Source of the DNA: Candidatus Parvarchaeota archaeon
GTDB taxonomy: Archaea > Nanobdellota > Nanobdellia > WJKC01
Assembly (NCBI GenBank): GCA_030615175.1
Contig: JAUWZX010000001.1
Location: 460,044-524,043, forward strand
Direction of reading: 5' to 3'
Length of the DNA stretch: 64,000 bases
A model generated the notes under the pieces. The model was not told the DNA's origin and did not search any database. It worked only from the letters and a program-made list of their open reading frames with translations. Position 1 is the stretch's first letter; every line of letters begins with the position of its first letter. Both the position numbers and the translations under genes were made by a program. This document shows, piece after piece, positions 19,265-28,165 of this stretch.

Positions 19265-19285
19265 TTAATAGAAAATTTTTTAAAT
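19265..19285 (+). promoter_or_regulatory. BRE/TATA promoter for the gene at 19309
   Basis: TAATAGAAAATTTTTTAAATA. 20 of 21 positions identical to the element at 9966. TATA about 28 nt before the ATG. Confidence 0.5.
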
Positions 19286-19308
19286 AGAATTTATAATAAA
19301 ATTTCTGT

Positions 19309-20184
19309 ATGTATGGTGATGTTGCTGATTTAGGAAGTTATTGTATGAACTTGAAGAGTAATGTGTGTGCTAGCATTGATGAGGTAATTGAATTAACAAT
19401 GAATGATTCAAGTATTTCAGATAAAAGTAGTGTATGTTGGTTGGAGGATAATAAGAAGGGTTTGCGGGATGCATTGAGTAAGGCTAAGCAGTTCTTACGC
19501 GAGGAGTATGGAATAAGGGAATATCAAAGAAAATTATTTATTGATACAAAAAAGCATAGTAAAGTAACTGCTTATTATTGTCATAAAAAGAATCGCGTTC
19601 TTATACGTGAAAAATTTTTTAAATATTATATAAAGGATTTTGAGTTAAGCGTTGGTACGTTAGTTCATGAGTTCGTGCATAAACATAATAAGTTCTGGAC
19701 TCATGATTTAACTTCAAGTTTTTCTAATTATACAAAGATGATGGGTGATAAGATTTACAAAAGCAATTATAAAAATGTAGCCTTTAAAAACTGGTTGGCG
19801 AAAAAGTTTTATAATAAATTTTTAAATAAAATGTATTGGTATAAAAATCCTCTTGGCCTTATCTATAAAAAACCCAGGTTTTCTATGGATTTGGAGAAGA
19901 AAATAGCTAAGGAAAATAAAGAAGTGTTTAAATTATTAAGTAATTATCAGTCTGCTTGGTTAATCAGGGAATACTTAAGTGAGCAGCCATCAATTATTGC
20001 AAAAATTGATTATTATTCTAAAGCAAAGGGCATTAGTATGGAAGAGGCATTAAAGAAATGTTATGGCGATAAAATTTATATTAATTATTGTACTGATCTT
20101 GATCCTTCACTTATCATGAGAGAGCCTGACTTGCGTTACTTTAAGAAATTGCTTGAAAAAGGTAAGAAGTTAATCGCCAAATAA
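19309..20184 (+). CDS. putative zinc metallopeptidase (HExxH) of unknown family
   Basis: A single HEFVH motif in LVHEFVHKH. Otherwise an ORFan. Confidence 0.4.
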   Translation: MYGDVADLGSYCMNLKSNVCASIDEVIELTMNDSSISDKSSVCWLEDNKKGLRDALSKAKQFLREEYGIREYQRKLFIDTKKHSKVTAYYCHKKNRVLIREKFFKYYIKDFELSVGTLVHEFVHKHNKFWTHDLTSSFSNYTKMMGDKIYKSNYKNVAFKNWLAKKFYNKFLNKMYWYKNPLGLIYKKPRFSMDLEKKIAKENKEVFKLLSNYQSAWLIREYLSEQPSIIAKIDYYSKAKGISMEEALKKCYGDKIYINYCTDLDPSLIMREPDLRYFKKLLEKGKKLIAK

Positions 20185-20214
20185 GAAATTATTTAATATT
20201 TAACTAATCAAGGA

Positions 20215-20682
20215 TCAACTCTTACGTTTCTTGTCGTCGGGTATAAATCCTGTTTCATATGGTATCTCAATGGCTTTACCGTTGATAACGTCAAAGCATT
20301 TCATGTCAAGATTATTATAATTGATGAATGTCATGAATGATGGTTGATAAATTTTTCTAAAATCTTCTTGACTCTTAATGTCAATTTCGCTTGGGTTATT
20401 TATGGGGTGGGTGTGGAACCAGCTTAGTATTCTTAAACACGTATCAGGTAATAATCTTTGCTTTTGTTTATACGATTTAATAAAGTAATCAGCATTAGGT
20501 TCTACTCTAGTATTGGTTTGAACTGCTTGTGAGTCATATATTAAGTCATAGATGTAAGCGTTATTAGAGTCGTGTTTTCCAAGCAGCCAGGCATACTGTT
20601 CTTTAGGCTTCTTATTCCATGCTAAATCTTTTAGTATCTTCACAAGCCTTGAGTCAAAGATTGCTTTATTTATTTTAATCAT
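20215..20682 (-). CDS. JAB/MPN (JAMM-like) metalloprotease domain protein
   Basis: WFHTHPINNPSEID resembles the JAMM H-x-H-xn-S-x2-D motif (spacer shorter than canonical). Upstream Glu in EQYAWLLG. Confidence 0.55.
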   Translation of the reverse strand: MIKINKAIFDSRLVKILKDLAWNKKPKEQYAWLLGKHDSNNAYIYDLIYDSQAVQTNTRVEPNADYFIKSYKQKQRLLPDTCLRILSWFHTHPINNPSEIDIKSQEDFRKIYQPSFMTFINYNNLDMKCFDVINGKAIEIPYETGFIPDDKKRKS

Positions 20683-20747
20683 AAAATAATTTTTAATCTA
20701 ATTCTTTTAAAAACTTTTCTAACAAAAATATTATTGATTCTTACTAA

Positions 20748-21128
20748 TTATTTGTAGTATTCTTTAATAATTTTTTTTGCTATTCTTGAAAATGATTTGT
20801 AACTGTCAACTTCTTTGATTGGATTCACTTCTTGTGTTATATAGTCATGTCCTTGTTCAGTTAATTTATAACATCCATCACCAGTCTCATTTAATATGTT
20901 AAAGATTCGGAGTTCTTGAACCCTAAAGTCTAATTCTGGCGTCATGTAACCATTAAGTCCATAAACCACTGGTAATAATACGAATTCACTGTTGCTTTCT
21001 TCATCAATTTTAATAATTATTTTTGATAAGTCTTCCTGACTAATGCTATTTGAATTTGCTTCAGATATCCTGCATAACAAGTCATACATTAGTAATTTCT
21101 TTGTAGGTTTTTTTAATTCTAATACCAT
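20748..21128 (-). CDS. hypothetical protein (126 aa)
   Basis: ORF only. Confidence 0.45.
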   Translation of the reverse strand: MVLELKKPTKKLLMYDLLCRISEANSNSISQEDLSKIIIKIDEESNSEFVLLPVVYGLNGYMTPELDFRVQELRIFNILNETGDGCYKLTEQGHDYITQEVNPIKEVDSYKSFSRIAKKIIKEYYK

Positions 21129-21232
21129 TGTACTTATCTAAAGGATAAAACCCTCTTTTATTATTTATTGTAATCTAGATATTAATAAAACACACTCACA
21201 AACCCTTTCAAGGGGGTTGGATGAAGTGGTTA

Positions 21233-21352
21233 CGCTGGGGGTGGGATTTGAACCCACGAGTGCAGAGCACACAGCCTTTCAAGCATTTAATGCTAAACCA
21301 TCTTTATGGGTTTTCCAGGGCTGCGCCGTGGACCGGGCTTGGCTACCCCAGC
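21233..21352 (-). tRNA. tRNA-Ser (anticodon GGA) with an intron of about 35 nt after position 37
   Basis: Hand-folded. Acceptor GCUGGGG/CCCCAGC, discriminator G, anticodon stem CAGCC/GGCUG, loop CU-GGA-A, long variable arm GUGC-UCU-GCAC, T arm GUGGG-UUCAAAU-CCCAC. No encoded CCA. Confidence 0.85.
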
Positions 21353-21380
21353 ATTAAGTAAGAAGTAATTGCGAAAGTTT

Positions 21381-21408
21381 TTTAAATATTGCTGGAACAA
21401 TATTTAAA
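21381..21408. promoter_or_regulatory. inverted-repeat TATA region between the tRNA-Ser gene and the gene at 21412
   Basis: TTTAAATATTG-CTGGAA-CAATATTTAAA is a perfect 11-nt inverted repeat. The left arm is centred about 27 nt before the ATG at 21412 and about 33 nt from the tRNA 5' end. Confidence 0.45.
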
Positions 21409-21411
21409 TTA

Positions 21412-21759
21412 ATGATAGAAGAATGCCTTGAAGATTATGATAATCGTTATGTAATAACTTGCGTTGAGTTAGGCTTGAATGAAGACGAGTTATTAAAAAT
21501 TAATGATGATGACCTTGTTAAACTCATTAATAATAAAGTTTTTTTAACAGAAGTTAAAAACGGTTTCAGTATTAAGAGCCTTATTAATGATGAGAGGAAT
21601 AGGGGCCGGATAATTAAAGTAAGGCATTATGAATACATGGCAATAATTGGTTGCGGATGCAGTGTTAAGAAAGTAGTGTATAATAATTATAAAACAGAGA
21701 AGTACGTTAACGGTCAATCATATAATGATTGTGATTTAGAATTAGCAACTGACTTATAA
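21412..21759 (+). CDS. hypothetical protein (115 aa)
   Basis: ORF with a well-placed promoter. Confidence 0.5.
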   Translation: MIEECLEDYDNRYVITCVELGLNEDELLKINDDDLVKLINNKVFLTEVKNGFSIKSLINDERNRGRIIKVRHYEYMAIIGCGCSVKKVVYNNYKTEKYVNGQSYNDCDLELATDL

Positions 21760-22905
21760 TTCCTCTTCATCATCCTTATGCTTCTTAACCTCGAACTTCC
21801 ATCCATACTTAAGCGTTTTAGTTGCTTTACTAACATATTCTTTAGCGTATTCACTGACTTTATTCATGATTACTTCAGGATTAATCTGCCTTTGGCTTAT
21901 GCGCCTGAAGTGAGGGCTTGAGACGTAAGCAATTAAGATGAAGAAAATCATTATTGAACCAAAACCAAAGGCAATGTCATGATATAATGAGAATAACTGT
22001 CCAAGACCTGTTCGCAGGGTAATCTGTATTGCCAGCAGGTGGTAACTAAGCATGAAGCCGAGCATTATTTGAATGAGGCTGTCCCAGTAATAAATGCTGT
22101 GCTTGCGTCCTGCGATTAAGCCGGTAATGCCTTGAGCAGACATTATTGTTATTAAGATTATTATGAAGACGTCAATTATTAAGAATCCGGTCGCTCCTTC
22201 AGCGCCCCTGACAAAGAGGTGGTATAGTAATGTTAAGAAGAATATTGATAATATGCTTGCAATTAATGAATCATTATATGCTTTCCTTAAAATGAATATT
22301 GTATATAGAATGATGAATGCCGTGAGCATGGATAATATTTCAATTATGTATAATTCTCCTGTGAATAAATCATAAGTAAACCATATGGTGACTCCAATGG
22401 CGGCGAGAATAATTATTGGCTGGAAGAAAATCCTGCCCGGTTCATCGCCAAGGCTTATAACCCATCCAGGCCATGAAACAATGAAGTCCCTTATCCCTAA
22501 AAACATTGCAATATTAAGCGTTATTATCCATGAGTAAAAGCCTGCATAAATGAATACTGTTCCAATAATTAATGAAAAGTCAGTGGTGAAGTAAAAGAAG
22601 AAGAATAAGCCGCAGACCAGGAACGCGTAGAGTATGTGCTCTTCCTTTAATACGTTAGTTTTCAAAGTGTAAATGCCAATAAGTACTAAACTAACGCATA
22701 TTGCTAATTCAAGGTCGAATAATATTTTATAAATATCCAGTGTTTCAGCGTAGTTCACTTGGATGAGGGCTGCTAATGTTAGTGCGGCGCTGATTATTAT
22801 CACGCTTGTAATGTACGTGATAAACCTCTTATTGCTTAATATTATTAATCCGCCAACAAGCAGTTTTTTAATGTAGTCATAAAATATGTTTTCAACATAA
22901 CTCAT
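21754..22905 (-). CDS. polytopic membrane protein (383 aa)
   Basis: About 10 hydrophobic helices. No motif recognised. Confidence 0.6.
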   Translation of the reverse strand: MSYVENIFYDYIKKLLVGGLIILSNKRFITYITSVIIISAALTLAALIQVNYAETLDIYKILFDLELAICVSLVLIGIYTLKTNVLKEEHILYAFLVCGLFFFFYFTTDFSLIIGTVFIYAGFYSWIITLNIAMFLGIRDFIVSWPGWVISLGDEPGRIFFQPIIILAAIGVTIWFTYDLFTGELYIIEILSMLTAFIILYTIFILRKAYNDSLIASILSIFFLTLLYHLFVRGAEGATGFLIIDVFIIILITIMSAQGITGLIAGRKHSIYYWDSLIQIMLGFMLSYHLLAIQITLRTGLGQLFSLYHDIAFGFGSIMIFFILIAYVSSPHFRRISQRQINPEVIMNKVSEYAKEYVSKATKTLKYGWKFEVKKHKDDEEEL

Positions 22906-22944
22906 ACTAATTAATGGTAAGGGAAAGGATTAATAAAAGCGTAA

Positions 22945-23964
22945 CTAAAGTTCATCTTTGTAGTATTTTTTCCATTTTAAGTCATGGTTAGTGAAGTCTA
23001 TTGGTTTATCTTTAATGTAAGGCAGTATTTCGAATAAACCGAAGTTTTTTATGTCATCTACTTTAGGTATTCTTGATTTTAGTAATATTTCTCCGTAACG
23101 AGTTGCTTCCAAGTCAGTTAGTAATGAGATTGCGATTACTGGATGCACTCCTAAATCCTCTTTTAAGAAGAAGTTATATAAACCATGTATTATTTTTTCC
23201 TGCAGTTCAAAGTTAACTTTGTCATAGAATTCGTCAAATAAGAATCCTCTTAATTCAGCGAAGTCCTGGAACACGTTTCCTTCACTGAATTCAACCATTC
23301 CTTTTTCCTTGCTCTCATTAATTAGTGATTTTAGTACTTTAATTACTCTATGCCGTTGATTTCTTCCCAAGTTAAAAGCGCATTTAGGAATTTTATCTAA
23401 GTAACCGTACCTTATAGCATCATTAAGGTCTGATAGAGTGTAGGATATTTTATCAGAGTATAATACTGCAGCGTACTCTTCGCATATCATTTCATCGCAA
23501 CGTTTTAATTCTCCTCTCTCTATTGAGTGATTAAGCATTCCTTCAAGTGTTTCATGAGTTAAGTTTAAGCCCTTGCCTTCCCTTTCAATGTGCTGTGCTA
23601 TTACTACGCCGTAAACATTGTGTTTGAATTCCTTGCCACTGAGTTCTGATAGTACTTTCTGACCCCCATGCCCGTAAGGCGCGTGCCCGATATCATGACC
23701 TGCTGCTATTGCCATGCAGAGGTTAGTGTTTAATCCTAAATTTTCAGCTATTATTACGGAGTTAGTGATTACTTCATTAGTATGCACTGCCCTAGTTCTA
23801 ACGTGAGGATTGTCAGGTGAGCATAGTACTTGGGTTTTATCCGATAATCGTCTTATGGCTTTTGAATTCAGTATTTTATTATAGTCATTCATGAATGAAT
23901 TCTTAATTAATGTATCCTCTTTTTCCTTGTAGCGCCTGCCTATTGATTCATTACATGCTTTCAT
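22945..23964 (-). CDS. dGTP triphosphohydrolase-like HD-domain protein
   Basis: RTRAVHTNEV...IAAGHDIGHAPYGHGG is the dGTPase-family HD signature. Confidence 0.75.
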   Translation of the reverse strand: MKACNESIGRRYKEKEDTLIKNSFMNDYNKILNSKAIRRLSDKTQVLCSPDNPHVRTRAVHTNEVITNSVIIAENLGLNTNLCMAIAAGHDIGHAPYGHGGQKVLSELSGKEFKHNVYGVVIAQHIEREGKGLNLTHETLEGMLNHSIERGELKRCDEMICEEYAAVLYSDKISYTLSDLNDAIRYGYLDKIPKCAFNLGRNQRHRVIKVLKSLINESKEKGMVEFSEGNVFQDFAELRGFLFDEFYDKVNFELQEKIIHGLYNFFLKEDLGVHPVIAISLLTDLEATRYGEILLKSRIPKVDDIKNFGLFEILPYIKDKPIDFTNHDLKWKKYYKDEL

Positions 23965-24034
23965 TTGCTTCTTTTTAATTGCTCTTCTCCTTTAAATACA
24001 TTTATTAATTTATAATCATTTCTTTGAATTATTA

Positions 24035-24367
24035 ATGAAGTTTAAGTTATTTAAGAAGGATGAGAAACTCATTGATGAATTAGCAAAGACTGATGCTGTG
24101 AGGGAGCTTGCCAGAGTTTTTCTTGCTTACTTAACTGTTGAGGAATTAGCTCAATTCATTGCTTCGTTTATTTTAGTGAAGGCTAAGGGCGGTGATGAGA
24201 GTGATGCGGTTAATTACTTTTTGAAGGATCAGTTTCTTTCTTTATTGAAGACTTTTACTCTTTCAATGGCTGACTTCCTGCCTGACATGATTACTGATGT
24301 GGATTTCATGAGGATTGTGGCAAAGCTTTATGGCGACAGGTTCAGCATTAAAAACTTATTCAAATAG
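24035..24367 (+). CDS. hypothetical protein (110 aa)
   Basis: ORF only. Confidence 0.45.
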   Translation: MKFKLFKKDEKLIDELAKTDAVRELARVFLAYLTVEELAQFIASFILVKAKGGDESDAVNYFLKDQFLSLLKTFTLSMADFLPDMITDVDFMRIVAKLYGDRFSIKNLFK

Positions 24368-24476
24368 AAAGAGTGCATAAGTGATTATAAAGTAGAGTTC
24401 AGGCAGAAATTACTGGACTCGAGCGCGAAGGCTTAATGAAAAATTTTTTTAAGAGTCTAAATCTAATATCATAATA

Positions 24477-25556
24477 ATGAAACCAAAACCTTTAGTTTTC
24501 GGAATTTTAGTGCTGGCAGTTACTGGAATCATTTTTATTAACTGGTGTGCTCAGCAGGAATCACTGCCAGCTACAGTGCAGTATAGGGGTATTTGGATGC
24601 CTGGCATGTTACTTATTCCAGATTACCTGGCTTCTAATATGCAGAAGCTGAAGGATGTTGGAATAAATGCGGTTTTCTTTGCAGGTTTGCCTGCCCTTCC
24701 CGAGTCATACTTTGAAAAACTGCCCCTTCCTCCCGAGACGCTTGAAAAAATTAAAGAACTTCTTCCGATTGAAAAAGAGCTTTTAATCGCTGATATCCAA
24801 ACTGCTCACAGAAATGGTTTGAAAGTTGTATTAACTATTGGGATTGACCCCAAACCTGAGATGGAGGAGATAGATTTAGAGGCTTGGAACTCCAAAATCG
24901 TTGAATACGCCAGATTAGCAGAAGAATATGATGTTGAACTCTTCGCTCCCATGGCTGAGCCAGGAGGATTATTTGCCGAAAAGGATATCGGAAAGTGGGG
25001 GCAGGAGATTCTTCTCAGGGTAAAAGAGGTTTATCATGGTGAAGTCGTTTGGATGGGATGTGGGCCTGGCGGGGAAACACGGTCTGAAGAGTTCCTAAGG
25101 GGATTATCTGAAGCGCCGCCAGGGGATTACGCGGGATATGATTACATAGGGTTCGGCCTTAATTTAGTACCTGAGATGGCGTTAGAAGAGTTTCCACAAT
25201 ATATTGACAATTGTATAAAATATAAGCTTGCTCAGGCTGAAAGAGATAACTGCACTGGAATCATGGTTACTGAATTTAGTGTGTTCTTACCTAAACAGCG
25301 GAGCGAAGAAGATGTTGCGAGGGCCCATGAAATGGTGCTTGAGAAGGTAAAGGATTATGATAATGTTTTTGGAGTTTTTGTTGCAAATTTTCTTGGAGGA
25401 CAAATTGAAGGATTGCCTCTTATTGAAGAGGACGTGAAGACAGGAGAAGTGATTAGGAGATGGTTCAAAGTTTTCCCAAGTGGAATCATTATCGCACTGT
25501 TTGTTATACTGGCCGTGGTTGGAGTGATTGTCTGGTATAAAAAGTTTTATAAATGA
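24477..25556 (+). CDS. membrane-anchored TIM-barrel glycoside-hydrolase-like protein (clan GH-A-like)
   Basis: N- and C-terminal TM helices. FAPMAEPG and IMVTEFSV resemble the acid/base and nucleophile strands of GH-A enzymes. Visibly GC-richer than its neighbours. Confidence 0.45.
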   Translation: MKPKPLVFGILVLAVTGIIFINWCAQQESLPATVQYRGIWMPGMLLIPDYLASNMQKLKDVGINAVFFAGLPALPESYFEKLPLPPETLEKIKELLPIEKELLIADIQTAHRNGLKVVLTIGIDPKPEMEEIDLEAWNSKIVEYARLAEEYDVELFAPMAEPGGLFAEKDIGKWGQEILLRVKEVYHGEVVWMGCGPGGETRSEEFLRGLSEAPPGDYAGYDYIGFGLNLVPEMALEEFPQYIDNCIKYKLAQAERDNCTGIMVTEFSVFLPKQRSEEDVARAHEMVLEKVKDYDNVFGVFVANFLGGQIEGLPLIEEDVKTGEVIRRWFKVFPSGIIIALFVILAVVGVIVWYKKFYK

Positions 25557-25692
25557 CACTTTTTTATTTTCCTAATAAGCCTTTAGTGTTTTAATAGGTA
25601 ATTCGTGGATTAAAAATTTATTCAAATAGAAGGATTGCTTTATTGTAGTGATATATAGAAAAGAATTTAAGGATTAACTTCTGTATTAAAAG

Positions 25693-26616
25693 GTGGAGAG
25701 TAATTTAATGGTGGAGTTTTATGCATTATCAAAAGATGAGCAAATAAAACATATTGCTAAGCAATTAACACCTGAAATTTTAGGAAGCGTATTAGACCAT
25801 ACTTATTTAAAGCCAATAGGGACGAGAGCGGATATAGTGAAACTATGCAGGGAAGCTGTTGAAATCGGTTCTCAGATTTGTATTCATGGAAGCAGGATTG
25901 AAGAGGCTTTTTATGAATTAAAATTATTAAAAGCCGAGGATAAAGTTGATATTGCTGCTGTCATAGGATTCCCTTTAGGTAATGCTCCTTCTGAAAGCAA
26001 GGCAGCAGAAGCCATTGATGTTATTAGAAGAGGAGCTAAAGAAGTGGATATGGTTATTAATGTTGGCTATCTTCATGACATTGGTTTCTATAAAACGAAT
26101 GATGGAAGAAGCAAGCCATTGGAAAGTCTGGTTAAAACAGAATTTGAGAATGACGTGAAGGGTGTTATAGAAGCAGTTGCTGAATATCAGGAGAAGCTTG
26201 AAAAGCCCTTGATAGTTAAAGTTATTCAAGAAAACTGTTATTTAAATCAGGAGGAAAAAGCACTGGCTGCTGCAACAACGGCTAAGTTAGGAATGGCATA
26301 CAAGGTTCATGTGTTTGCTAAAACTTCTACAGGATTCGGAACTCCTAACGAAGGAATTCCTAAAGGAGCAACTGTTGAAGATGTGGGATTAATGAGAAAA
26401 ACTATTGGAGAATATGATGAGTTGACAAATAAGGTTGGAATCAAACCAGCTGGCGGAGTGAGGGATGCTAAGGCATCTATAGAAATGATGATTGCAGCTG
26501 GTTGTGCTGATAAAAATGGAAACTTGAAATCAAAACTAAGAGATATGTTTAGAATAGGAACTTCTTCAGGGAAATCAATAGTTAATGATTTTAAAAGTTT
26601 CCAAGAGAAAATATAA
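25693..26616 (+). CDS. deoC: deoxyribose-phosphate aldolase family (DeoC/DERA-like)
   Basis: LDHTYLKP, DMVINVGYL, FAKTSTGFG and IKPAGGVR motifs. GTG at 25693, or alternatively ATG at 25708. Confidence 0.7.
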   Translation: MESNLMVEFYALSKDEQIKHIAKQLTPEILGSVLDHTYLKPIGTRADIVKLCREAVEIGSQICIHGSRIEEAFYELKLLKAEDKVDIAAVIGFPLGNAPSESKAAEAIDVIRRGAKEVDMVINVGYLHDIGFYKTNDGRSKPLESLVKTEFENDVKGVIEAVAEYQEKLEKPLIVKVIQENCYLNQEEKALAAATTAKLGMAYKVHVFAKTSTGFGTPNEGIPKGATVEDVGLMRKTIGEYDELTNKVGIKPAGGVRDAKASIEMMIAAGCADKNGNLKSKLRDMFRIGTSSGKSIVNDFKSFQEKI

Positions 26617-26697
26617 AAGCAATGATTATATTCTTTAAATTTAAGTAAAAACTTATTTAAGTAAGATTTGAGTTATTATTCTAAAGGTGATTTAATA

Positions 26698-26883
26698 ATG
26701 GCTGAAGAGAAAAAAATTGATGTTACTCAAGAAACGATTGCAGAACTTGGAGAGCAGATTAAAGGCTTGCTTGAAGGAGTTAAGGCAAACATTGATGATT
26801 ACCGCTTCACTGTAACCAGTGAAATGGATGGATTAGTGGTTGAATTCTTCATTAAGGCAAGCTTTAAGAAGAAAAATAAATAA
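26698..26883 (+). CDS. small hypothetical protein (61 aa from the ATG)
   Basis: ORF only. ATG at 26698 preferred over the upstream TTG. Confidence 0.35.
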   Translation: MAEEKKIDVTQETIAELGEQIKGLLEGVKANIDDYRFTVTSEMDGLVVEFFIKASFKKKNK

Positions 26884-26902
26884 TCTCTTATTATTATTTT
26901 TT

Positions 26903-27019
26903 TTATCTTTTATAACTCTTCTTAGGATTCTTGCCCTTAACCTTGCACCCGCCTTGCTTGCGCTTCTTCTTTTTACACCTAATCTTGCTTCCATGTCTTA
27001 ATGAAACTCCATGAGCCAT
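26903..27019 (-). CDS. rps30e: possible ribosomal protein eS30 (38 aa; below the ORF-track cutoff)
   Basis: MAHGVSLRHGSKIRCKKKKRKQGG... resembles the archaeal eS30 N-terminus M-x-HGSL-x-x-GK-x-R, followed by a basic tail. Confidence 0.4.
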   Translation of the reverse strand: MAHGVSLRHGSKIRCKKKKRKQGGCKVKGKNPKKSYKR

Positions 27020-27034
27020 GAATAATTAGTTATT

Positions 27035-28165
27035 TTACATGTTTATTAATACTTTTGCACACTCAGAAGCGCCCTGACCCTTGAACTTTGACCTATTAAT
27101 CCTGTTCTCATAATAATCCTTGTTCTCAATGAATTCATTAATCTTCCTTAATAATCTTTTGCTATTAATTAGTCTGTCAATATAGTAAACGCTTCCATAA
27201 CCCTTTCTCTCAATCACGCTTGCATTCCCTAACTGCTCAACATGGTCGCGTATTGGAATTACGAAGCTTGGCTTGTTAAAAATAATGTTCTCACTAAGAG
27301 TTGAATGACCTGCCAAGCAGATAATTCCCTCAGCACACTTAAGGTATTCCAGAAAATTATTAATGAATGGGTATAATTCAAGATTCTTTATCTTATGATA
27401 TCTTCTTACTGCATTATTAGTGCTTACTATGAATTTATGATTTAATTTCTTAAGTACCGGCAGCAACCCCTTATAATACTCCTTTCCAATTCTTGCACCT
27501 CCAAAACTCACTATATAGTATTTATCCTTGATTTTTAATTTATTTCTTAACTCCTTAACTTCAGGCAGTTCAGAAGGCTTTGCCCTGGTTATTAAGTCAG
27601 TGAATACAATCTTCCTGCTTGCTTTGTATTCAGCAATCGTCGGGCTTAGTAATTTACCGCACCACTTAAGTGCTTGGTCAATGAATGCATTAATCATTGT
27701 ATGCTGCCCTGCAACTTTATTATTCTTAACTCCTACAGGCAAGTGCTTGTATTCTCCTAGAGTTAGGATTAAGTTTGACAGGAATGCGCATGGCATGTCA
27801 AGGCTTGACGCTGTGTAAAGACTTACTGGTTCACTGTCACTTACTATTAAGTCAGGTTTGAATTCATTAATTTCCTTTTTAAGATTATAGTAATCAGCTA
27901 TCATGTTAAACGGTAAGTCAATGTTCTCAAATAGTGTTTGAATCCAGCTGAAACCAGTTGTAGTATTGCCTATCTGGAAACTATTAATCCTTAATGGATT
28001 CATCTTTAATTTCCTGAAGTACTGGTAAGCGTTATTAGTTGCAGCAATCCTGACTTTAACTTCTCTGGTTTTCTTAGGTTTCATTAATTCATTAATTATT
28101 GCATGGCACCTGGTTGCATGACCTAAACCATATCCGTACACGCTGAATAAAGTCTTCTTATTCAT
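27035..28165 (-). CDS. glycosyltransferase (GT-B fold, GT28/MJ1255-like)
   Basis: N-terminal YGYGLGHATRC glycine-rich loop and a C-terminal GHSTLSE donor-binding region. Confidence 0.65.
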   Translation of the reverse strand: MNKKTLFSVYGYGLGHATRCHAIINELMKPKKTREVKVRIAATNNAYQYFRKLKMNPLRINSFQIGNTTTGFSWIQTLFENIDLPFNMIADYYNLKKEINEFKPDLIVSDSEPVSLYTASSLDMPCAFLSNLILTLGEYKHLPVGVKNNKVAGQHTMINAFIDQALKWCGKLLSPTIAEYKASRKIVFTDLITRAKPSELPEVKELRNKLKIKDKYYIVSFGGARIGKEYYKGLLPVLKKLNHKFIVSTNNAVRRYHKIKNLELYPFINNFLEYLKCAEGIICLAGHSTLSENIIFNKPSFVIPIRDHVEQLGNASVIERKGYGSVYYIDRLINSKRLLRKINEFIENKDYYENRINRSKFKGQGASECAKVLINM

